DNA of 64,000 nucleotides from an uncultured Candidatus Poseidoniales archaeon (lineage in GTDB: Archaea; Thermoplasmatota; Poseidoniia; Poseidoniales; Poseidoniaceae). The notes below the pieces were generated by a model. That model was not told the DNA's origin, made no database searches, and worked only from the letters and a program-made list of their open reading frames with translations. The stretch lies in contig CAZPME010000003.1 of the NCBI GenBank assembly GCA_964587885.1, positions 40,996 to 104,995 on the forward strand. Reading direction: 5' to 3'. Both the position numbers and the translations under genes were made by a program. This document shows, piece after piece, positions 29,301-36,192 of the stretch (position 1 is the first letter of the stretch; every line of letters begins with the position of its first letter).

Positions 29301-30388
29301 CTAATTTACTTGGAATGGAAAAATTACCATCACTACTTCGGTGTGCAACACAAGAAGGACGTGAGAAATTAGAAAATTACCTCCGACTATGGGGAATGGC
29401 TCTGCTGTTATTCTCGTTTGATGAAGTATATGGCCTGTCTACTTTATTTGTCGCAATTTGGGTGACCTGGGAGGCTTGGGTGAAGCAAGAAAGAACCCTA
29501 TTTTTACTAACACCAATGCTTCATGCAATTGCATTATGGAATATCGAGCGAGTGGCGGAAATCCAAGGTAATGAATTGGCGGGATGGCTGCTGATTCTTG
29601 AAGGTGCGATTCTATCGTATCTGTCAGCGATAAAATGGTATCCCGACTGGAATTGGTCAGAAGATGGGGAAGAATACTGGCACTGGAACGACATGCTGGG
29701 AATATTTGGAGCGACCTACGGGGTCGTAGGAATACTATGGGCGCTCTGGGATTTGACCGATATCGGCGCTTCGCTACTAATTATCCTCTATTGTGGTATG
29801 CAGGCCGCCGCCGATTTCGAAACTACCTGGCGCAGAATAACCAGTCTTGTTGGGACTTCATTGGGGACATTTTTGGTGTTTTTCTCCGATGTCGGCACAA
29901 CTTTTGCCGGCATCTCCTTGATTGTTGGTGGCCTAGCAGCATTTGCTCAAGCCGTTCTCTACTTCCGAGTTTGGGGAATTGAAGAAGGTACTCTGAAACT
30001 CGAGACTGTTTCCACCCAAGTATCCACAATAACTGCAGAAAGTAGTGAGGAAGAAATAGAGGTAAAAGAAAAGATGGAGCCGGTAATTGAAAGCTCACAA
30101 GTAGAAGATGATGATACTGATGAAATTGAAGATTTCCTTGATTCTTTAGAGGATGAAACGAGCGGAGATGGCGATTTAGACGAAGGTCAAGATGATGATG
30201 TGGCTATTCCAACTGCAATCCTAAATCGAGTCACAACCTCGCAAGGTTTCGACATTGAATTACCACCACAAGTAATGCAAAATATTCTTCAAACACTAGA
30301 AAATACCGATACTGAAGGATTCCAGCCGGTTATTGGATTTGACCAATTCGGCCGAATAATTATGAATTTTGAGCCGGCCGATTCGTAA
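26369..30388 (+). CDS. Very large hypothetical polytopic membrane protein (~1340 aa) with acidic linker and small C-terminal soluble domain
   Basis: 4-kb ORF of near-continuous hydrophobic segments; ATG 26369 has CTTTAAG about 24-30 nt upstream; acidic tail EDDDTDEIEDFLDSLEDE. Confidence 0.85.
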   Translation: MSQPPPRKSSAPPRENTSAETIVIGNSNNMPISGAQRLGQLWLWGVAILAIWSGLFTIAYSQGDSNNRFALLGLGGIISGLVFFVSVDMQRRKHGVITDLHDYMMAMSFFFTAAGMFWGVRYAVALFSSVDFTYFIHPDRPFTGMSSVGWYPNANAIYAQAAAAALLAALQWLYLKPMQNDERNTTTVSWFVVCITPFALLLVGLGTWVDWSDGFVSYEIGVAMVTLSSIAMMLSVESNNNLVFAITANVASFMTLIYEIVHSPPSGSSSGGALSLMAFIIIAQGLLAASPKLERKMVEKASMGLVFAALIAMIFAVSTEMTLHLGPSKFSATDSYLTLPTMIWITLLVAYLPAVHDNRIPWMPIGLAGALVLLPDPSNIIPWSICLVMIPYMLWNKKTREWVANWTFGLFAASFFVVGWLTWIRSVEGDADTWTAFPQYFDLIIAIVIIAVGELASRNAKLNRNVFRFALFCVVGSPATMIANDSLMPWLVALYLLGSVIIEQQEYDENGGFAARKDMSLTMATSLTLTVILAMLGRLSLSDTPLAAIESQLMGFNLLLAIIAVTYFVVGSRMSHAEFDLGIMLKMISKNAAQSASFDPTTGTWVVDEKEFDEIEEALESSWGQIARFSLFGPLILFTTAMVSIQNSELSDNPFLMLLFAIPVGVLVREVLQVEGAGSRERAVGVWSMVAISLPLSFKMDDIGFSTAAIFFDLIMINGPLIVHFVLLKRGLAEKQELSKSADDWTLLGMVALGMLDATGGLALTVMFAIVLWRAILHRSKVALYALPLMWLFFPSRLDKSDNILNLILSELGSFGDTLLGTERILEIPYVRYAGLMWLIYAALALGKSAGDVQLRKRSDEEIETLPFIYPGIFLFLGLDLLLVQDAWLLCAVTTILLLFGWSSGRMEGFSFAPPAYFFSFLIGFDSEGYSGFELFSISCFGSGLVSFALWIAANKGLLYRWAKETITAAELNEGVDTNLLGMEKLPSLLRCATQEGREKLENYLRLWGMALLLFSFDEVYGLSTLFVAIWVTWEAWVKQERTLFLLTPMLHAIALWNIERVAEIQGNELAGWLLILEGAILSYLSAIKWYPDWNWSEDGEEYWHWNDMLGIFGATYGVVGILWALWDLTDIGASLLIILYCGMQAAADFETTWRRITSLVGTSLGTFLVFFSDVGTTFAGISLIVGGLAAFAQAVLYFRVWGIEEGTLKLETVSTQVSTITAESSEEEIEVKEKMEPVIESSQVEDDDTDEIEDFLDSLEDETSGDGDLDEGQDDDVAIPTAILNRVTTSQGFDIELPPQVMQNILQTLENTDTEGFQPVIGFDQFGRIIMNFEPADS

Positions 30389-30455
30389 GCCAACTCCAGT
30401 GATAGTGGTTGGTCAAGGCTGTGGTTTATGGGGCGTCACCTTTACCAAGTCAAAT

Positions 30456-30998
30456 ATGAGCGAAGCCAGCGACTTGATGGTATGGATTGACCTTGAGATG
30501 ACTGGTCTCAATATTGAGGACTGCTCAATTATTGAAATCGCCACCATCATCACCGATGGAGAACTAAATATTGTAGCAAGTGGACCAAACCTCGCCATCA
30601 AGGTCGCCGATGAATTACTCGATGCTATGGATGAATGGAATACAACTCATCACAATCGCAGCGGCTTGGTTTCTCGGGTCCAAGAAAGCGAGATAGACCA
30701 TGCTGAAGCTGAACGATTAACCCTGGAGTTCATCTCCCAGTATGTAGAGCCGGGGATGGCTCCATTATGCGGAAATAGTGTTTGGAACGACCGCAAATTC
30801 ATGGAAAAAGAAATGCCGGCGGTTACCGATTACCTCCACTATAGGATGGTAGATGTGTCGTCGATCAAAGAATTAGCCGACCGGTGGTATCCTGAAGTTC
30901 CCCGCTATCGCAAAAAAGCATCACATCTCGCTCTTGACGATATCGTTGAATCGGTCGAAGAATTACGCTACTATCGGCAAAAAATCTTCACTAAATAG
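30456..30998 (+). CDS. orn: Oligoribonuclease (DEDDh exonuclease, Orn/REXO2 type)
   Basis: LMVWIDLEMTGL, IIEIATIITD, MDEWNTTHH..SGL, PLCGNSVWNDRKF, LHYRMVDVSSIKEL..RWYP, HLALDDI.ES..ELRYYR. Confidence 0.93.
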   Translation: MSEASDLMVWIDLEMTGLNIEDCSIIEIATIITDGELNIVASGPNLAIKVADELLDAMDEWNTTHHNRSGLVSRVQESEIDHAEAERLTLEFISQYVEPGMAPLCGNSVWNDRKFMEKEMPAVTDYLHYRMVDVSSIKELADRWYPEVPRYRKKASHLALDDIVESVEELRYYRQKIFTK

Positions 30999-31842
30999 AC
31001 TGTCGCCAAGTGCCCTGAGTTGGATCTACTCCTTTGCTAGAGGCGATAATCTCGGCAATTACAGAAATAGCAATTTCGGCTGGTGTTTCAGCACCGAGAG
31101 CAATTCCAATTGGACAGGTTACTTGTTCTATCGAAGATTGAGAAATCCCATTGTCTAAACAGGTCTTGGAAAAACTCTGCCATTTGCTCCGACTACCGAT
31201 TACTCCAATGCGAGCAGGATGTGGCATTTCATCAGATAATTCCAACAATGATTGTAATCGTTCCTCATCTTCCTTCCAATCATGACCCAAGAGCAAAATA
31301 TCGCTGAAACGAGAAAGACTGGAAAAATCTTCATCAGCAAAAAATGATTTGACCGAACCGGCGTGTAGTTCACGAGCATTAGGGTACGCAAGTTCGCCAG
31401 CATATTCTTCGCGGGTATCATGTACGCTGTGATCCCAACCCATGCCATGAGAGATACTTGCAATTGCTGCGGCAACATGACCACCACCCATTAGCAAGAT
31501 GTGAGGTGTTGGTTCGATTACTTCTAGAGACACGGTAAGACGACCCCCACAGAGACTATCCAAGGGTGTGACTTCATAGCCCTTAGCCCCTTTATTTAAG
31601 CCAAATGTGATGACTTCACCTCCGACAGTGGAGGTAGTGAGTAATTCTTGCAATCGGGAGATTATGGTCATCTCCAATCCTGCACCCCCTACTGTCCCAC
31701 AGCGGTCATTTTTCGAGGTCAAGGCTAATCTCGCCCCCGGCTTACCCGGAACTGAACCTGAGGCTGATAGAACCGTCGCCGAAGCGACCCGCAAGCCCAT
31801 GTTAAGGCGACTACCAATCCATTCAAGGACGCGTTGGGTCAT
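30991..31842 (-). CDS. xdhC: XdhC/CoxF-family molybdoenzyme maturation factor
   Basis: GSVPGKPGA, GTVGGAGLE, LCGG, GGGHVA, IGVIGSRSKW, CPIGIALGAETPAEIAISVIAEII. Confidence 0.9.
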   Translation of the reverse strand: MTQRVLEWIGSRLNMGLRVASATVLSASGSVPGKPGARLALTSKNDRCGTVGGAGLEMTIISRLQELLTTSTVGGEVITFGLNKGAKGYEVTPLDSLCGGRLTVSLEVIEPTPHILLMGGGHVAAAIASISHGMGWDHSVHDTREEYAGELAYPNARELHAGSVKSFFADEDFSSLSRFSDILLLGHDWKEDEERLQSLLELSDEMPHPARIGVIGSRSKWQSFSKTCLDNGISQSSIEQVTCPIGIALGAETPAEIAISVIAEIIASSKGVDPTQGTWRQSI

Positions 31843-31858
31843 GAAACGGCCACTCCGA

Positions 31859-32458
31859 CTACCGAGATAAACCGTCGCTTGAAGCAGCCCAGCGGGCTAA
31901 TTCAGCAATGTCTTCTGGGGTATCGATATTAATGTGCAGAAACATATCTTCGACTTGAATCCGAGATGGATTTACCAATTCGTGTAATGGTCGATTGCGA
32001 GTGGCCGACATTATTGCAATAATCTCATCCTTGCCAATTAGCAAAGGATGTGCCCCTCTACCATCTTGACTTGGGCAAGTACAAGACTCGGCTGAAAGAA
32101 TTTTTTGCAAAGTCGAAACCGACCATCCCGGTCTATCAATGGGTACAATTAGGGCCGATTCGGAAAGTCGACCATTTTCTTCCCCTATTGCAAGGAGTCC
32201 ATCTTGAACCGAGCCTGTTCGACCATCCTCGGGACGATTATTGATGACTACATTGCATTCGGGCGCTACGGACAAGCATGACAACGCTAACTCAGCACGA
32301 GTGACTATGATGATAGGATGACAAGACTGACTGGCAAGACGCTGGGAGATGATACTGAGCAATGATTGCCCCTCAACTTCTAGTAAGGCTTTGGGCTGGC
32401 CGAGACGTTCACTAGCACCAGCAGCCAATATTATGGCGGGAATTGTATTCTTGCCCAT
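31859..32458 (-). CDS. mocA: Molybdenum cofactor cytidylyltransferase (MocA-like NTP transferase)
   Basis: ILAAGASERLGQPKALL, PIDRP, GRGAHPLL, NIDTPED; adjacent to xdhC. Confidence 0.8.
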   Translation of the reverse strand: MGKNTIPAIILAAGASERLGQPKALLEVEGQSLLSIISQRLASQSCHPIIIVTRAELALSCLSVAPECNVVINNRPEDGRTGSVQDGLLAIGEENGRLSESALIVPIDRPGWSVSTLQKILSAESCTCPSQDGRGAHPLLIGKDEIIAIMSATRNRPLHELVNPSRIQVEDMFLHINIDTPEDIAELARWAASSDGLSR

Positions 32459-32469
32459 TTCGGCACCCG

Positions 32470-33618
32470 CTAAAGGCCACGGGTAATCTCGCGTCCGATA
32501 ATCATCCTCTGGACTTGACTACTACCCTCATAAATCTGGATTACTTTTGCACCGCGCATCAATCGAGCAACCGGATATTCCTCAGAGTAACCATAGCCGC
32601 CGAATACTTGTACCGCATCGGTAGTAACCTCCATCGCAATATCGGCGGCAAAGCGTTTGGCGTGGGCAGCAGCTTCGGTATTTTTCTCTCCTTTATCTGC
32701 CAAAAATGCCGCCTTCCAAGTTAGTAAACGAGCGGCTTCAATTTTTGTCTTCATGTCAGTCAACATGAATTGCATGGCTTGATGCTGATGCAACTTCTTA
32801 CCAAAGGTCATACGCTCGTCGGAATATTGCATGGAATGGTCAAAGGCGGACTGGGCTAATCCAACTGCATGAGCGGCAATATTTGGACGACTCATATCAA
32901 AGGCAGACATGGCATTGAACCATCCGGCACCGTCGCCACCACCGACCATATTGCTGGCTGGGATTCTAACATCATTGAAAGTAACCGCTCGGGTATCGGA
33001 ACAGCGCTGACCCATATTCGATTCCTTCTTACCTAATTCGACCCCATCTCGGTCGGACTCAACAATGAATCCAGTCATACCTTTGTAGCCGGCTTCAGGA
33101 TCGGTATATCCCAAAACAAAGAACCAATCTGCATGTCCCGCTCCAGTGATGAACATTTTTTGCCCATTTATGATATATTCATCACCATCTGCGGTAGCCT
33201 GAGTTTTGATACCTTGAACATCAGAACCAGCGCCAGGCTCAGTTACAGCATAAGATGCCAGTTTACCCTGTTCAGCAACACCTCGCAAAAATTTGTCTTT
33301 TTGCTCAGGCGTTCCTCCAGTAATTATCGGTGCACATGCTAATGCTGTAGCATAAGCAGCGGTAGCAAAACCTGGGTCGCCCCAACCAAGTGCTTCGTTG
33401 ACAATTACCTCTTCCATACTCCCTAATCCTGCCCCACCATACTCCTCTGGGATGTGGAGATTTAACAATCCGAGTTCATTGGCCGCCTTGATTGTCTCAA
33501 GCGGATAGGTTGAATTCGCATCCCAATCTGCCGCATGAGGTCTAATTTCTGCATTAGCAAATTCCATCGCCAAATCACGCAACATCTCCTGCATTTCTGA
33601 TAACGACAGGTCGACCAT
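32470..33618 (-). CDS. Acyl-CoA dehydrogenase (MCAD/SCAD-like)
   Basis: YAVTEPGAGSDV, INGQKMFITGA, MGQRCSDT, QVFGGYGYSEEYPV, QIYEGSSQVQR (catalytic Glu). Confidence 0.93.
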   Translation of the reverse strand: MVDLSLSEMQEMLRDLAMEFANAEIRPHAADWDANSTYPLETIKAANELGLLNLHIPEEYGGAGLGSMEEVIVNEALGWGDPGFATAAYATALACAPIITGGTPEQKDKFLRGVAEQGKLASYAVTEPGAGSDVQGIKTQATADGDEYIINGQKMFITGAGHADWFFVLGYTDPEAGYKGMTGFIVESDRDGVELGKKESNMGQRCSDTRAVTFNDVRIPASNMVGGGDGAGWFNAMSAFDMSRPNIAAHAVGLAQSAFDHSMQYSDERMTFGKKLHQHQAMQFMLTDMKTKIEAARLLTWKAAFLADKGEKNTEAAAHAKRFAADIAMEVTTDAVQVFGGYGYSEEYPVARLMRGAKVIQIYEGSSQVQRMIIGREITRGL

Positions 33619-33678
33619 GCTTGGCTCAAGCCACCTTCGGTCAAGAGCCTTGCCTATGCCGGATAGCCGAATGGGCCA

Positions 33679-34839
33679 TTACCACCAAGGGTTGAGATAG
33701 CCTTGCCTTAATAGATAAAGCAAGAATACGAATAGTAAGTAAAAACAACACAAGAGTGCCCCCTCTTTGCGGTCGAAAGTAAATCCAGAATACATGAATA
33801 ATAGACATATCCCAATACCAAGAATTGTTACCGGTGCGATTACATTGAGAATCAATCCACTCGGTTCCGATAGTACCAACGGGTTTATCGTGGCAGCTAA
33901 TCCAATAGACAATAATGGATCGGTGATATTTGAACCGATTAAGGTCCCGAGAGCAACTCCTTGCGAACGCTTAGCGGCCATAAGCCCGACCACCAGTTCA
34001 GGCAAGGAAGTACCAACTGCGGTCAAAGTGGTACCTATTACTGATGGTGGGACATCCATCGCATAAGCGAGTTTAGTCGATACTGTAATCAATTCATTGG
34101 CCGCGTAAATTGCGAAGGTCAATCCGGTCACAATCATCACAATATAGGCCGAAGCAGCCCAACTAATTTCCATTTCCGAATCACCAGATTCTTCAGCAAT
34201 TTCATCCTCTTCAGCGCGAATTTTCTCCCGATTTTTAAGCAACCATCCGATGTAAAAGACATAAATCAAACATAGAACAATACCTTCCCAGCGCTCAAGT
34301 GTACCACCGGTCCAAATAAAGAAAGTGAGCAATAATACCGACCCTAACATCAGCATCCCATCACGATGTAACCAAGATGGCCTTACCTTCAGGGGATTGG
34401 TCAAAACAACCAAACCCAAAATGAGGGTGATTTGAACAAGCACTGAACCATAAATATTGCCGATTGCAAAATCGGCTAATTCTGCATCCCCACCTGAATT
34501 CCATGAAGCCGTTGTCGAAACCAAAATTTCAGGCAACGAAGTACCGATTGAAACAATTGTAAGTCCGATAATGACTTCGGCTATTCCTGCTCGGCGAGCC
34601 AATCCTTTGGCTCCTTCGACAAAGAAATCTGCAGAGGTAATCAGGCTACCTATTGCCAGTACCATTAGGAGAACACTTACCCACGCATTAGTCACTCCAC
34701 TCGTATGGACGAAGGTAGAGATTGAGACCAGAGCAATGAATAATGCTCCGGTGATTAGTAATGCATTCCAATGAATAAGTTCAAGCATTCCCAATTCTCG
34801 GTGCGAGGGAGATTTTACTTGGAAATCATCCCCCGTCAT
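33679..34839 (-). CDS. Ca2+/cation antiporter (CaCA, YrbG-like)
   Basis: Two alpha-repeats GTSLPEI and GTSLPEL, with GNIYGS and GTLIGSN; about 11 TM. Confidence 0.9.
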   Translation of the reverse strand: MTGDDFQVKSPSHRELGMLELIHWNALLITGALFIALVSISTFVHTSGVTNAWVSVLLMVLAIGSLITSADFFVEGAKGLARRAGIAEVIIGLTIVSIGTSLPEILVSTTASWNSGGDAELADFAIGNIYGSVLVQITLILGLVVLTNPLKVRPSWLHRDGMLMLGSVLLLTFFIWTGGTLERWEGIVLCLIYVFYIGWLLKNREKIRAEEDEIAEESGDSEMEISWAASAYIVMIVTGLTFAIYAANELITVSTKLAYAMDVPPSVIGTTLTAVGTSLPELVVGLMAAKRSQGVALGTLIGSNITDPLLSIGLAATINPLVLSEPSGLILNVIAPVTILGIGICLLFMYSGFTFDRKEGALLCCFYLLFVFLLYLLRQGYLNPWW

Positions 34840-34969
34840 ATGCCCTCGTCATCTTCTTCACTCAAGACCATTTGGATTAGAAACCCCCCCCCCTAATTTA
34901 CGAAAACGTTTCCAATTTGGAAAAAGGACTGAGAGTGCATTCATCAAGGGCATTCCTTGAGCACTATTC

Positions 34970-35344
34970 ATGGGCGGAAAGTGGCGGGCCAAGGATTTCT
35001 TTATCCTGACTGCGATTGGACTTGCCGGATTAGTCTTTGAAATAATTCAGTACAATGATGCAGTGGCAATGTGGACTGAGCATTGTAGCGATGCTCTCAG
35101 TTACGAACAATTATCGCAAGAATGTAAGGATTTCAGTGACGACATGGATTGGGTTCTATACGAATTAATCGCCATCAGTGTCCTCACAGTTTTCTCACTG
35201 ATAATGGGTTTTCTAAAGATAGGTGGTGAATCAAGTCGTGGGGATGGTGAGGGATTTGGAGTCATCAAAACATTCGCTGTCGTGACCTTTCTAACTCTAA
35301 TATTCTTATTCATTTACGCCTTTGTTATTCGGTCTCAAGCCTAG
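34970..35344 (+). CDS. Hypothetical small membrane protein (3 TM, Cys pair in loop)
   Basis: ORF with three hydrophobic segments; ATG preceded by TTCATCAAG box. Confidence 0.65.
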   Translation: MGGKWRAKDFFILTAIGLAGLVFEIIQYNDAVAMWTEHCSDALSYEQLSQECKDFSDDMDWVLYELIAISVLTVFSLIMGFLKIGGESSRGDGEGFGVIKTFAVVTFLTLIFLFIYAFVIRSQA

Positions 35345-35580
35345 TTCAGTCTTGCAACATTATGTGTATTCAAGTACAAAAGGATTAATTTACTAAATAC
35401 CAAAAAATCAGTTTGTGTCTGGATGGGTTTCTGCAATCATTGCTTCGATATTTGGAGCCGGAGAAGAAGTAGAACTTATTCTCGAAGAAGAATAGAGTGC
35501 ACAAGAGTATGGACGCACAAGGGTTTGAAGCATTATGCCTCTCGGAAATGTTTGAATAACAGGTTGAAAAATTTCGTTGC

Positions 35581-36159
35581 ATGGCGGATGATGTAAAATA
35601 TAGAAGATTGTCAGTTGATGGCACATTGAATGCAGGATTAAGTATTATTATAGTGACGTTTCTCATAATGTTGCTATGTGGATCTTTTGTTGCATTGGCC
35701 TTTATGTTACAGGAAAACACGGAAAGTGCGACTGAATTTACATGCAATTCTGGTGAAACAGTCGAAGCTGAATGGGTTCAAGATGGCACAAGTGATTGTG
35801 TGGATGGTTCAGATGAAACTGAGGCTGCGGAGGAGGAAATAGCGGGTGAGAAAACTTTCGGTTTCCTTTCATATATCATGTTTGGAATTGCCGGTGTAGT
35901 ATTGGTTTCAGGAATATTGGGGTTATCAACAAAAATATTAGCGGATTCAATAAGTGCAGGTTTAGCACTACATGCTGCTAATGAGGCACTTAATCCAGAT
36001 ATTGAAGTCAAGGTTCTTCCTACTCAAGTGGCCCCAGTTCAAGTTGCTCAATCTGCACAGGCGACTACGCCACAACAGCATCAACAACCTACTGCTCAGC
36101 AACATACTCAGCAGGTAGTACACCAGCCGTTGCCACCCCCTCAAAATCCGCATCAATGA
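35581..36159 (+). CDS. Membrane protein with an LDL-receptor class A-like motif and Gln/Pro-rich tail
   Basis: TM, then FTCNSGETVEAEWVQDGTSDCVDGSDE, then TM, then QQHQQPTAQQHTQQVVHQPLPPPQNPHQ. Confidence 0.75.
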   Translation: MADDVKYRRLSVDGTLNAGLSIIIVTFLIMLLCGSFVALAFMLQENTESATEFTCNSGETVEAEWVQDGTSDCVDGSDETEAAEEEIAGEKTFGFLSYIMFGIAGVVLVSGILGLSTKILADSISAGLALHAANEALNPDIEVKVLPTQVAPVQVAQSAQATTPQQHQQPTAQQHTQQVVHQPLPPPQNPHQ

Positions 36160-36192
36160 ACGCACAAGCGTCTACCCAACTTACACTAGGGC

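Noticed and set aside
30369-30455. N-terminal extension of Orn in the ORF track
   Set aside because: Overlaps the upstream gene end and the promoter; homology begins at ATG 30456.
34884-34893. C10 homopolymer as a phase-variation switch
   Set aside because: It is intergenic and lies upstream of both putative TATA boxes. It cannot be distinguished from chance or sequencing error without reads, so it is noted only as part of the islet.
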